Shown here: positions 36,780 through 51,056 of the stretch, in pieces | Numbering within the stretch: the first letter of the stretch is position 1 | Layout: every line of letters begins with the position of its first letter | Source: Octopus sinensis | Taxonomy: Eukaryota | DNA length: 64,000 bases | Reading direction: 5' to 3' | Assembly: GCF_006345805.1 (NCBI RefSeq) | Contig: NC_043011.1 | Coordinates: 23,262,464-23,326,463, forward strand | Position numbers and translations under genes: made by a program | Notes under the pieces: model-generated | Told to the model about the DNA's origin: nothing | What the model saw: only the letters and a program-made list of their open reading frames with translations | Database searches by the model: none

Positions 36780-38844
36780 AAGCCTTGTGCTATACATTCC
36801 GCCATTAGAAACACAACGCATCAGTGCCTTGCCAGCTTGAAGCCTGTTGTCAACAAACCTATTTGTTCACAAAACATAGATTTTTAATAAAACCGACAAA
36901 ATCACAAATTTCAGAGAAGGAAATATTCAATCAAATAAACTCCAACAGGACATTGCTGGTATTTGTTTTATCGATCGCAGACGATTTTTTAAAAAAATGT
37001 CTCCTTCGATGGGATTCGAAAAGAAAATGTAAGCATAAAAACTTCAAAGCATTTTGCTCGACCCTGTACCTTTTCTGCTAGTTAAACGCTCTTACATATG
37101 TGATGGTAGCCAGATGTACAGTTATATAAGTCTATACAGAAGAGGTGTATAATGGTGTGCTGGGAAAAGAAACAGATATGATATTATTCTAGCACCCATT
37201 CTTTTTCTCTTGTTCCCTCTCTGTGATCTGAGTTTAATTTTCGCTGAGATTCATTTTTCCGAGGTCGATAAAATGAAGTACCAGTCAAGTACTTGAGTCA
37301 ATATAATTGACTGTTTCACTACTTTCACCGCCACTGCCAAATTCATGCGCCCATGCTTGGCGCAGACATGACTGTGTGGTTATGAAGCTCGCTCTGTAAG
37401 CATATGGCTTTAGGCTCCGCCTCACTTCGGTTCCTTAAACTAGTGTCTTCTAGAAAGTTCCGAACTGACTGTTTGTGTTTGTCTTTCACTACTTCTTGGC
37501 AATCAGTGCTGGTTTCTTTATGACCTATAACTTAGCAGTTCAGCAAAAAGACTGTCAGCATAATTACCAGACTTTAAAAATTAAGTATTGTGATTGATTT
37601 TGTTCGACAGCATGACAATAAAAGATAAAATACAGTATGATAAATGTTTGCTAAAAACCATTGAGCAATAAATGCAGGCGAATAATTAAGAAAACAATGA
37701 GAAAAGATATTGTATTATTTTACGTAGGTTCTTTGTCAAGGATCTTATGATATTTTGGGAAACATTTCCCTTTTCAAATACAAGAAAGAAAACGATCAAA
37801 GAGTTTGGAGAAATGTGTTGTTTTCAGCCGGCCAAGTCAAATATTTTTGACATTTGGTAGTCAGGTAGAACATTGACAAGGCTTTCTTGGTACAATACAA
37901 AGGTAACTTGTTTGCCTTCCTACCTGTCTATGTAAAAAAAAGCAATAAAAAGGAATTACATCGGCCCAAGGTCAGTGATAATCGGAGTGGAGTGTTTAAT
38001 CCGTAAAACTGAGACGGTCACTGACTATTATTTTATCAACCAATGAAAAATTGATTTCGGTATAAATTTGGTAACCAAACGTAAAGAAACATAACTAATG
38101 CAATTTGCAACATCAGTTTATAAACGTCTACGTTGATGTTAAAAAAGCAGTCAAATTACCCTCAAATTACACACTAATGTCTTACATAAGGGGAAGAAGA
38201 CATATGATAATGTTGTCCTATATAGCTAAAACGAATATGGGATGGTTAGGAGCTAAGCAACCAGAACAAAAGAGATTTTGAGGAAAAAATATGATTAGTT
38301 TAAATGCCAACTACAGGTATATCTGTTTACATCAGGGATCGATTGATCACGAGCATAAACTGGTACAGTCATCTCGTGTGTGTGTATGTGTGTGCGTGCA
38401 TATGCGTGTGTGTGTGTGTTAGTGTGTTTCTGTATCTATGGCCGAATGGTTTAGAAATTTGCTTCGCAATTAAGAGGTTTCTATTTCGAACACAACGTGG
38501 CATCTTGGGCAAGTGTAATTTATCTTTATTATGAAAATGATTTCCATTCACCAAATTTTGCCCCTTTCTTTTGGGTTGAAAATGAGGAGACGGAAACTTT
38601 TTGGATGCCCGCCGGATGGATTGTCCCTTTAATTCAATGGTCCAGTCTTCTCTCTCCCTCTTACACACACGCATACTGTATCACATTGATTTACGGCTGG
38701 GAATTACGTTAAGGGTACACATGTCTGTGGAATACTCAGCTACTTACACCCTCATTCAATGACATGAAACTTCAGTTGATCGAGCAAATGAAAACTCACG
38801 CTAAGAAATACTGGCCGAGGTGCATACATACATACATACATACA

Positions 38845-38875
<31 letters not shown>

Positions 38876-38945
38876 CGTACGTACGTACATACATACATAC
38901 ACACATACATACATACACACTTACATACATACATACATACACACG

Positions 38946-38981
<36 letters not shown>

Positions 38982-39264
38982 TACATACATACATACATAC
39001 ATACACACGTACATACATACACACAGACATACATACATACTTACATACACAGGTACGTACGTACATAATACATACATGCATACATACGTTCGTACATACA
39101 TGCACACATTTACTCATATGTACGTACGTACATATATACATACGTACATATATACATACATTTACATATGCACATACACACCTACCTACCGCCATGTTGA
39201 TTCGTTAGTTACTGCACGCATTTTTTTTCTCTCCTTCTTTCTGTGTTTTTTTTCTCTCTGTGTA

Positions 39265-39302
39265 TCTTTCTGTTGAAGAGCGTAGGCTCGAAACGTTAAA
39301 GA
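39265..39302 (+). ncRNA. Minimal HHR motif, family A, best-paired copy
   Basis: tcttt-CTGTTGA-a-gagc(gtag)gctc-GAAA-cgt-t-aaaga: perfect 5-bp stem I and 4-bp stem II. Confidence 0.65.
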
Positions 39303-40949
39303 CTTGTTTTATTTATATTTCCTGAGCGCCATACTAATACAATTGTTTGTTTGTTTCCCACCTGCCTTCGTCTTTTGTCTATTTTCATAAAGCTTCCCAA
39401 AAAATACCTCCCTCTCTACCTACCTACCTAACTACCTACCTACCTACAACCATACATGAACAACAGCAGCAAAAATAAATATATGAATGCAGTGCTGAAA
39501 AATGAAGTGAGCAACATTGTACGAGTTGGCAGTAAGCTCCTCAGGAAGCACTCTCTTTCTGATGATATCCTATACAGCACCAAAACAGCTGAGCTCTCTT
39601 ACTTTAGAGAAGACCTGGAAGGAAAGTATACAAAAAAAAAAAAAAAGGAAAAGGCTATGCATGGATATGCAAGACTATTTTTGAATTGTTGTGTAAAACT
39701 CTAGTAACTTAGTATGGAAGAATTAGTTAATATAAATTTTATGTCGTAATTCTCTACGACAGTTTTCTTTTGACTTATAAATGTAATGTAAATATTAAAT
39801 GACAGTAAATAATTTCTCTTTCTTCATTTTCTTCAACCTCTTAATGAAATCTATTTCTGCAGCTATGAAACTGTTATTATAGCGGTGAAAAAAGAGCGTA
39901 TTTATCTTCAACATACATATACGTTCAGCGTCTTGGTGTGTATAATTCATCACGGCGTTTACGCAGCCTGAGTTAAGATTTATGTATAGTGATGATACTT
40001 ATAATTAAGTTTTAAGCGACGGGATTATCATCATATATTCCTACTCAATAAACATCTATATCTATTATCTTTTCCAAGTTCGAACACCTCATAAATTGGT
40101 GTCCAACCGACGTTGATTACGAAGTCTACTAGGGAGAATAATCACCATATAAACTAGATAAATTACCGTGATAGAAGTATTAAAAAGACCCATTATTTAT
40201 GGGATGACCCAACACTAATTCATTTGGAGCAAAGTAAAGCTGAACTTGGGTTCTTGGGGAGAGAACATAAATCTTTAAGTCATACATTGCAAATGATTAC
40301 AGTATCTGGGACTATAAAAATCTGCAAGACCTTCTTATGTCTTAAAGGATGATAAACAGAAAAAGATGCTTTCCTTCATAACATTACTGCCAAGTAGGTG
40401 ACTGGTTAAAATTTACTCTATATTAAAAAGAGAAAGAGAACATACATATATACATGCATACATTCACACATGATGAATGTCCACTCGTGACGAAGAAGTC
40501 CTTACTGACAGTTACCCATGCAAAGTGCCAGCAATGCCCGTCCATGAGTTTATTTCATTCGCGGCGCCCTCTTACTCGACCGAGCATCGGGAAGTCGCCT
40601 CGCCTGCGATTGCGCAACCTAAAATTGTAGGTCCAGTAAGGCTTACACAATATTTCGCAGACCCTCTCCACCCTGTTGACATGATCCAGAGACAAGCCAA
40701 GGCAAGATATCAAGCACAAATAAGTGTTGCAGGCTCAGGAATGTGAGAGCGCCACGATCTCAAGCTCAAGTAAATGAACCCCAAAATGTTCCATGCCATT
40801 CCCTTAATATCTGGTTTTATAGCAGAGTGACCTTCTCCTAGATACATACTTTAGCAAAAGTTGAGGGGTACCTCACTCTCAGTGGTCTTCCAGCACATTC
40901 ATATAGACATACATGCTCACATGCATACATACATACATACATGTGTGCA

Positions 40950-41026
<77 letters not shown>

Positions 41027-42947
41027 GAGTTTGTGTGTAGGTGGGGGAGTACAATTTACACTATCATCTTCCCCTGTATGTACGTACGTATGTATGTATG
41101 TATGTATGTATGTATGTATGTATGTATGTATGTATGTATGTATGTATGTATGTATGCATGCATGCATGTATATATGTATGTATGTGTGTGTGTATGTGTG
41201 TATGCATGTATATATGTAAATATGTAGAGAGAGAGGGGGGAGTTTAATGACTACATAGATTCTCATTGCAAGAGACACAGGCAAGCTTACGCCTAAATGA
41301 ACATTTGAATTTATTTCTGTCCGAAATATGATCAGATCGTAGCTATACTTCCTGGTTTGCTTTTGAAAACGTGCTTCAAAATGAATCAGGTGGGTTTTAT
41401 TGGTAAAAGCTCAAGGAAAAGGTGGACATAAATATAAATGAAAGCCTGATAATTGTTAAGCCGATATATTAACCTATACACATTTTCTTTGTTCATGCGA
41501 GAAACCAGGATAATAATATCATTTTTTTCAACTAAATCCGATTGACCTTTTGACCGTTGCTAGTTAATGAGTGCTGTTGAATACCGCCACCAGATCTCTT
41601 TCTTAGGCATTTGGGCCAAGTTGCCGGTGACAATATAACGCTCCTTTTTTCCCATTAACCATGGACGACCGGAAAATGGTCATGATCATAAGTGCTAGAT
41701 TTCTTCCTCTGATTTCAACATTAAACCTGTCACGCGGAAATAGGTAAAACGTCATCTCTGCTGGTTTCACTGTGAAACAGTGATAAACAGCACACAGAGA
41801 AAAACAAGACGTTTCTTTCCATTAGTTTGCGTGCAATCGTTGCTCTTGAACTGTATATGCAACTATTTAATTTTTACTCGAGAGCCCAGGTGGAGGGTAA
41901 AGTTAGACACAAGGGCGCAGGTCTGAGCGGGTAAAAAATACTTCGACACATCTTTAAACTACAAAAGAACAGGTAAACTTTGATAATACTATGACTAGAA
42001 TTGATTTAGTGTTAACTTTAATGAAGGTACTACAGGTAATTCATCACCAACACACGTATATTAGTGACAAACAATTTCAGAAAGAACATTTAATTCCAAA
42101 TCTTTTATATTCTTTTACAGGATGACGATGCTGTTATGTCAAATGATGTCTGTGCATGATGCTTTTTAAAGTGAAGAGAGACCTTTCACACTCTCAATCC
42201 CACTCTCTGAACAACGATAACAGATACCATAAAACGAAGAAATAATGGACCGTTATCATACCGTGGCACCGCTCTGATTTCCAATCCCATTGTGCTCAAC
42301 ACGATAAGGTATAGCACTGGGATAGATCTACGGCGACAGCCTCAGTAGAACTGATTATCCTTACAAAACAAATCCAACTCGATTACATGACATTTCTATT
42401 CACCTCGATGCTCAAAATCTGCTGGTATTGTATCATCAAGTTTACAATGGCAATTGTTGGTGATAGCACGAGGTTCATGTTCATGGGAAAAGGAAACAAG
42501 AAATTGTGAAATCCTTATGATGAAAGAGATTAAGGATATTCTGTCTAAATCAACCACGCACGACTTACTTCAATAAACGAAGAAAATACACCAATGCTCT
42601 CGTTGTTTCCTTTTCTGCTATTGTTCATTCTTTATTTGACTCTGATACTGTAATGATACTGTGAGAAGAGGGTAAATTTAATAAGCAGTGAAGCCCATTG
42701 TTACCGTTGTTTCACAAAAAGTGTTGTTAACGTAGGAGTGTGACGTTTCCTGAATATTATGTAAGAATCTAATCTGAAATAACCGAACACCTGGAATGCA
42801 AAATACCTCGACAAAAGAGAAAATAAATAAATGGATAGACATAACACTGGCCAAAATGAAAGCGTTGTATAAGTTTTGAAGTATTATATATCATACTGAA
42901 AAATGTCTTTTCTTTATATGCGCACGTGTGTGTGTGTGTGCGTGTGT

Positions 42948-43011
<64 letters not shown>

Positions 43012-43923
43012 GTTTTACAAGAAGTTTTACAAGAAGTCAGAAACTTCGAAGTTTCTGACTTCAAGTCTTCGTAGTCCGACTACATCTCTTCTGGTAAATA
43101 TATAATAAATATGTACTCTACAAAAACAGTACTGTGTAATTTGTCAGCTTGATATCAAATAGTTTTTGTTGTAGCTAGACTAAAAAGTAAACATTAATAC
43201 ACACAGACACACACACACACACACGACTGTATGTGTGTGTGCGTGTGCGTTAGAGAAAATCGAAATGAAACATGGAAACGAATTACAGAAAAGGACAATA
43301 AAACAGAGCACACTTCTTGTCAGCCATGGACACCAGAATCAGCGCAGTTTCGGTGCAGTTACAGTTTTTGAATTCCATAGTAGTGCTTCTTTAGCCCTAC
43401 CAGTGATAGCAAATATCACTGAAGTGGTGGACATCACAAAGAAATGGGCAAGAATAAAGAAGACAACAAAATACGACTGCGATAAAATACGACTGATACG
43501 TGTAAAATACCAAATCAATAAAATGTTGTGAATATATATTGTAGTCTTTCGACTGCAAGGGAAAATAAGGGACTTACCGAGAACTAGTGGGAAAGAAAGG
43601 AATTTTAGAAGGTCCGAAAAAGTGACAAAATGTGTAAGCGCACGCATGCACGTGTGTATTTGTCTGTTTGTGTGTGTGTATACTTATGTGTTATATATAT
43701 ATATATATATATAAATGTATAGACAAGTCGGAGTCATCCTTCGACCTTTTCTATCCCAAAACAATTTTCAACCCAACGAACGTACATACATACATACATG
43801 CATACATACATACATACATACATACATACATACGTACGTACGTACGAACATACATACATACATACATACATACATACATACATACATACATACATACATA
43901 CATGCATACATACATAAATATGC

Positions 43924-44200
43924 ATGAGTTCGATTCCCCAGACCGGGCTGCGTGTTGAGCAAGACACTTTATTTCACGTTGCTTCAGTTCATTCAGCTGC
44001 AGAAACGAGTCGTGACGTTACTGGTGCCAAGCTGCTTTGGCCTTTGCCTTTCCCTTGGATAACATTGGTGGTGTGAAAAGGGGAGGCTGGTATACATGGG
44101 CAACTGCTGGTCTTCCATAAATAACCTTACCCGGACTTGTGCTTCGGGTGGTAACTTTCTAGGTGCAATCCCATGGTCATTCATGACCGATGGAGGTCTG
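43924..44200 (+). mobile_element. tRNA/CORE-like SINE family G; fuller copy at 49501-49836 (-)
   Basis: gagttcgattcc B box, gagcaagacactttatttcacgttgc core, tail gtaactttctaggtgcaatcccatgg shared with rc 49501-49836. Confidence 0.8.
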
Positions 44201-44213
44201 TAATCTTTTACCA

Positions 44214-44246
<33 letters not shown>

Positions 44247-44495
44247 GTATGTAAATATATATATATAATATATATATATATAATATATATATATATATCT
44301 ATATATATATATATATTATATATATATGTGCTAGGCTACTGGTTTTAAATTGATATTAATTAAATTAATATTCAATTTATCTCCCTCATTACTTATATAT
44401 TTTCCTGAGCGGCAATAATACTTTAGTGTTCCACGTCCTGCGTTGCTGTGTTTTTTCTCTTTTTTCTTTTTTTCTGTGTTTTCTTGTTTGGATTA

Positions 44496-44540
<45 letters not shown>

Positions 44541-45124
44541 ATATATATATATAATATATTATATTATGTATATATATGTGATTCCCCCTAAATTGTATAC
44601 AATTTGAAAAATTCTGAAAAAAAAAAGGGAAATTAAGTATAATTCAACAGAGCTTTTGGGAAAACAAATAAAAGTTTTATTTAAAATATTGGAACAATCC
44701 GTGTGGGCGCCATTGCTTGCACGCAACACATTTAGACGCTACAATACAATATATATGCATATATTCACAGACACACACACACACACACACATTTATTCGG
44801 TAAATGCTCCCTCTGAGAACGACATAAGATCGTCTGCTTGTTCGATAATTAAATTACCTTATTGAACTAGCGTGTAAATGACTGAGTATTCTGAAAACAT
44901 GCGTACTTTAACGTAATACTCAGTTGGAACCAGTGTCACACAACGTGACAAGGTTTCATCTTTGAAATATAGCCATTGTCTATTCGACAGCTTTGACAAA
45001 AGTGTCAACCCAATTTGACTAGCAATGCATGACGAAGCTTTCTGAAGAAGCCAAGCAGAAGGTTCAAAGCCGTAACTTGTTGATTGCAAAGCAAACTTTC
45101 TAACGACTCGCTTATATATATGTA

Positions 45125-45162
<38 letters not shown>

Positions 45163-45173
<11 letters not shown>

Positions 45174-45354
45174 TTAGAGACAAAACCACTATTATGCAAA
45201 TCAAACAAAGAAAGACTTAATCCAATACATAAAAAATTTTATATAAATTAAATATAATTAATTATATTTAATTTATATAAAATTTTTATGTATTGGATTA
45301 GTCTTTCTTTGTTTGATTTGCATAATAGTGGTTTTGTCTCTAATTAATATTATA
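45163..45354. repeat. ~190-bp loopless palindrome abutting (TA)n
   Basis: Centre aatataatt|aattatatt at 45259/45260; arms attagagacaaaaccactattatgcaaatcaaacaaagaaagac and its reverse complement. Confidence 0.95.
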
Positions 45355-45429
45355 TTATATTTTACTATAAAATGGATTCAATCCTAAATCTGATTTTTCC
45401 CTGTAAATTTGGATTTATTCCCTAATATT

Positions 45430-45488
<59 letters not shown>

Positions 45489-45557
45489 TAGATACGTATG
45501 CACATCTATGCAGCCCATATTATAGCTATTCAACTATCCAAACACACACACACCACA

Positions 45558-45605
<48 letters not shown>

Positions 45606-45949
45606 TCAGAGTTAAACATGTTCTATTGAAAACAAGGCTGTGTTTCATTTTTAACTTTAATCATCAAAGTCTTCTTGTATTAGTATATCGGACCCTTATA
45701 TTTCGTTTGGAACAAATAAATTCCTAAATATATCTCTATGATCAACATCTCCAGGCTATCTCAGCCATATCTTCAGGTTGCGTAGTGGTTTTGGCTCCTC
45801 TACTGCGTTTTTTATTCTTTTATGATGACCAGTCTATTGTTATATTGTCTTTCCCGCCAAAACAATTGTTTTTATCGACCTCAAACGGAAGAAAGACGCG
45901 CTAATGATTCTGCCAACTCGCTGCCTTAACTGATTGACTAATATTCTTT

Positions 45950-46343
45950 CCTACTCTAGGCACAAGGCCCGAAATTTTGGGGAAGGGATAAGTCGATCAT
46001 ATCGACCCCAGTGCGTAACTGGTACTTATTTAATCGACCCCGAAAGGATGAAAGGCAAAGTCGACCTCGGTGGAATTTGAACTCAGAACGTAACGGCAGA
46101 CGAAATACCTATTTCTATTTCTTTACTACCCACAAGGGGCTAAACACAGAGAGGACAAACAAGGACAGACAAACGGATTAAGTCGATTATATCGACCCCA
46201 GTGCGTAATTGGTACTTAATTTATCGACCCCGATGAAAGGCAAAGTCGACCTAGGCGGAATTTGAACTCAGAACATAGCGGCAGACGAAATACTGCTATG
46301 CATTTCGCCCGGCGTGCTAACATTTCTGCCAGCTCGCCGCCTT
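45950..46343 (-). mobile_element. SINE family A, two tandem units
   Basis: Reverse complement of the 51912-52310 architecture. Confidence 0.85.
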
Positions 46344-47176
46344 ACTGATTGACTAATACTAAAAGAAGTAAAATAGAACCAGTGTCTGTGTTTCTTCCGG
46401 CTCTTTACTTTCTGAGTTCAAATCATGCCAAGGTCAACTTTACCCATTATTTTGAAACTCCATCTGAAGAAATACACAAGCGTACTTCATAATGTATATA
46501 TATATATATGATTATATTATGAATTCATTGCATTCATATTATTATCGATTTTTATGTCCACGTTGGCGGTGACCTGGCAGAATCGTTAGCACGCCAGGCA
46601 ATTGTCACCAGTTCATCCGTCTTTATGTTCAGAGCTGAAATTCCGCCGAAGTCGACTTTGCTTTTCATCCTTTCAGAGTCGATAAAATAAGTACCACTTG
46701 AGCACTTGGGTAGATGTAATCGACTAGTCCCGTTCTCCGAAATTACTGGTCTTGTGTTTAAATTTGCAACCAATATTTATGCTCATGAAATATATTTTTC
46801 ATGTTGTATTGAAACAGTTAGAACTACTATAAATTACAGTTTCAGTTTTGCTATATCCATACTCTGCGACTGACAGACTAGACTAGGAATTTCAACTTGA
46901 ATAGTTTTCTTAAAGATAAACCAACTACAAATATACATCTGATAGCCGGGATTGGCAGATGTGCTTCGTAAGGACACAGCTCGAATTTTAATACCTGTTT
47001 TACTACTATCCACGTATTTGTGAGCATATATATATGCGTGTATGTGCGCACACACATACGTGTGTGTGTGTATACGTGTGTGTGTATATACTATGATTAC
47101 TTAGTTGCTTGGTTCGCTAGAAATAGCAGCCAGTACAATGTTTTCCTGTTATGATAAACCTGTCTTCTTTTCATAA

Positions 47177-47585
47177 GATCTTTTCGGTTTGAACGGCAGT
47201 TTTTTATAGCGGTGTCATATGAAATTGTCACCCATAATTATGACTCTAGAATCGATCTATTGCATTTCAATCTGTTTTAGGGTTAGGGTTAGTTAGGGTA
47301 TCTTTTTTTCTTCACAAATGTAAATAAACTAAATCTGTTTCTTAAACGAGGGACATATTCATACGGCACAAAATGTTTTTTTACCTCAATAGACGTCACT
47401 GATTGGTTGAAATTGCAGAAAATGAAGAAAAAAAAACAACAAATATCTTACAAACTATAGAATTTTCTCGATAAATCCAAGAGAAAAAGATGTTTTATAA
47501 ACACATTCTACCAGTATACGAAGTTTAAAATTTTTTAGATAACTAGAAATTATGTTAAAAACTGCCGTTCAAACCGAAAAGATCC
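47177..47585. mobile_element. ~410-bp MITE-like element with TIRs
   Basis: gatcttttcggtttgaacggcagttttt / aaaaactgccgttcaaaccgaaaagatc; internal ttagggttagggttag. Confidence 0.85.
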
Positions 47586-49840
47586 CTTTTCATATATAAA
47601 TGTATCTCGGAATACACAACCATATGCGACCTATTTCTAAGATAGCAAAGTGAAATGTGAAGCGTGCTCAAACGAGTGATAATCGATCATTTGTTTCGGA
47701 CCAACACGTCTTTACTTACCCGTTAACATAGCTTCATCGTTAATTGAATAATGCCTTTGTACGCTTGTATATGGAAAATGTTACAACTGTTCGTTTTTAT
47801 TATAATGTAATCGTGGGAAAATTGTAAGTAAATTCGTTGACTAGCTTTGAAAATATGTCACTGAGCAGCAAAACAAATCCCATGCTTCAGCCAATAGAAT
47901 ATATTTTTATGCTAATTTAGCGAACAAAGACATAAGTGCACTTGGACACACAGTGGTTTCACATCTGTGTCTCAGACAAAATATTTTAAATGATAGAGTA
48001 TTTTTATGTTAAACTTAAAATTATAAGAATAAAATAACCCTTTCTTATTCTGGCACAATGCTAGCAATTTTGAGGAGCGTGGAAGTTGATGACACCGGCC
48101 CCAGTTATAAGTCCATAAAGAGGGGGTGCAAGACGTTCAGGGGTTCAAACGTACCCACTAAACTTTGGTGGAGGTGGGCAATGAAAACGCTCTGAACATC
48201 CCCCTGAAAAACTTCATCGCCAAAACGAACGAACGTAGAAACATTTTTGGCGTGATTTGAAACATTACTTTTCCATTATTGGGTTTATTTGATTTGATTG
48301 ATATACAAATATAGTAATAATCCTTTCTTTTATAGCCACAAGGCCTGAAATTTTGGGGGAGGAGGGCAGTTGATTATATCGATCCCAGTGCTCAACTGGT
48401 ACTTATTTCATCGAACTCAAGTGCTAACTGGTGCATATTTCATCGAACCCGGAAGGATGAAAGGCGAAGTTAACCTCGGCGGAATTTGAACTCAGAACGT
48501 AAAGACGGACGAAATGCCGCTAAGCATTTCCCCGGCGTGCTAAAGTTTCTACCAGCTCACCACCTTTACAAATATGTATATAATAATCTGCTTGTTCGTT
48601 CGCCCGTTATACGTTAGTTAGTTAGAGAGATGGAGGTGGAGTAAGAATGAGACAGAGAGAGGAAGGAGGAGTGAAGATAGAAGAGAGGAAGAAGTAGAGA
48701 AAGGCGATTAGCTGAAGGGAAAAGTAGAGAGGGATGGACAGAGGAGGCAGTTATATTGAGAGAGAGAGAGAGAGGGAGAGAGAGAGAGAGGAAGATAGCG
48801 GTGATGGAGTGTTGATAGTGAAAAGTATCTTTTTTTTATTGAACTAATTGTTTTTTCACAGCGACCATAGCATACTCATAAGAGCAATTATTTATCATCT
48901 GCTTACTTAAAAAATTGATATTTGTTTATAAGGGTTAATTTAACCTAAAGTCTGGATTCACAAGAAACATGTTTGCAAGTTGCCCGAAAAAGGATGCGCA
49001 GATCTAGAGCATAGATGAGAGAGGAACAACGAGAAAATATAATAAAAAGAAGAAAAAGGCAACACCAATAGAGACATGAGGAAATGAGTGTAGACGAACG
49101 TCAAGAATGTTTAAAGAAAGCTGAGATATGAATGCTATAAAAATGCAAATCATCCTTTGTTTCTTAAATAGGCCTTCTTAATTTTTTCCATTCCGTAGAA
49201 TTTCCCAATAGTAATAACGATAATAATCATTTCTATTATAAGCACAAGGCCTGAAATTTTAGGGGGTTGGGGCTTAGCGATTACATCGACCCCAGTGAGT
49301 GACTGGTACTTGTTTTATCGACCCAGAAAGGATGAAAGGTAAAGTCGACCTCGGTGGAATTTGAACTAGAACGTAAGGAAGGACGAAATGCCACAAAGCA
49401 TTTTGCTTGGCGTGCTAACGCTTCTGCTAGCTCACCGCCTTATTATTATCATCATCATCATCATCATCATTATTATTATCATTATTATTATTGTTGTTGT
49501 TGACCCCCTTCGGTCACGACACTGGCCATGGGATTGCACCTAGAAAGTTACCCTCTAGTCACAAGTCTGGGCAAGGTTGTTTATGGAAGACCAGCAGTCG
49601 CCCATGCATACCGGCCACCCCCTATCACGCCACCAGTGTTATCGAAGGGAAAGGCAAGGGCGATACAGCTTGGCACCTGTGACGTCGCAACTCATTTCTA
49701 CAGCTGAGTGAACTGGAGCAACGTGAAATAAAGTGTCTTGCTCAAGAAACACACCAGCAGCCCGGTCTGGATTCGAGCTCACAACCTCACGATCGTAAGC
49801 TTGATGCTCTAACCCATTGAGCCATGCGCCTTCACATATT

Positions 49841-49893
<53 letters not shown>

Positions 49894-51000
49894 CTATATC
49901 ACATCATCATCATCATCATCTTCATCATAATCATATCATCATCATCATCATCTTTATTATTATTATTTAAGTCAAAATTAAAAGAAGAGTGCCATTGTCA
50001 TCTAGTGAACGATATTTCGACATCTTGTGTGACTTCAACATATATACATACAAAGACCAGGCGGCGTATTGTTAAACCAACTGCTCCTTGTAGGTCAATC
50101 CAGTGGTGTAGCCGGAGTGTGTGCCACCCGGGGCAGCCCTTGGATTTCTAGCCTACCCCGCACCCCATCCAAGCCAGGCTCCAAACTGTTGGCCCCCTTC
50201 ACTAAAAGTGTCGATCCGAGCGAACCTTCCTTCTCACCACATCCAACAATTCAAATGGTCCTTCCACCATTGAAATAGATTATCAACTTGCCAGAATCAG
50301 TAGCTAAACCGCTCTCAAATGACAGGCTTTTACCATCTTAAAAATAGGAAAGGACTCTCGTAAGATTTCGTGGTCCCAAATGTATTGCGTCAAGAAATAA
50401 GGTAGAATGATCCCTACTTTGACCCTAGAGCTTAATCTGATTTTGGGGTGGATATTGGACTGCTGATGGAGACGTTGCGTGCTGTCATGAGTACTGTACA
50501 TGTCATTGGGTACTGTCATAGCGTGTCTTGGGCATTTTAAAAACTGTCAGTGACTTTTCATACGCAGATCTGAACATAGTCGATTTCTTCAGGAAACAAA
50601 GAAAGACAGAGAGAGAAAAAAGGCGTGGGGGAAATCGACACCAGTTCAAGACAGGTACCCCCTTAATCGACTCGAAAAGGACGGAAGAGATGACCTCTGC
50701 GAGGCTTGAACAAACCTATAGAACAGAAATTTATAATACAAGGCAGTCTACCCGATGCCCTAACGACTCTGCCAACTAACCATTTGATTAGTTTAAGGAG
50801 ACGGACAGCACTAAGATTATCAAACCTGATAAAACAAGTGAATGGAAGTAACCCCAATATTTAATTCTATACTAAACCAGTTGTGGCCTGAGTTCACAGA
50901 GGAAGCCTTAAATGAAAAGAGTGAGAAAGAGTGGTAATAAAATTTAGGTCTGCTATTGGCAGAAACTCTAGAGGAATAACTTTGATTTGTATTAATATAT

Positions 51001-51056
<56 letters not shown>

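Noticed and set aside
40477-40746. GC-richer 89-aa ORF
   Set aside because: No domain motif; adjacent ccttctcctag motif suggests the antisense of an RTE-type 5' region
45028-45075. atgacgaagctttctgaagaagcc HHR-like segment
   Set aside because: C3 and GAAA are both lost and stem I is unclear; too degenerate to call
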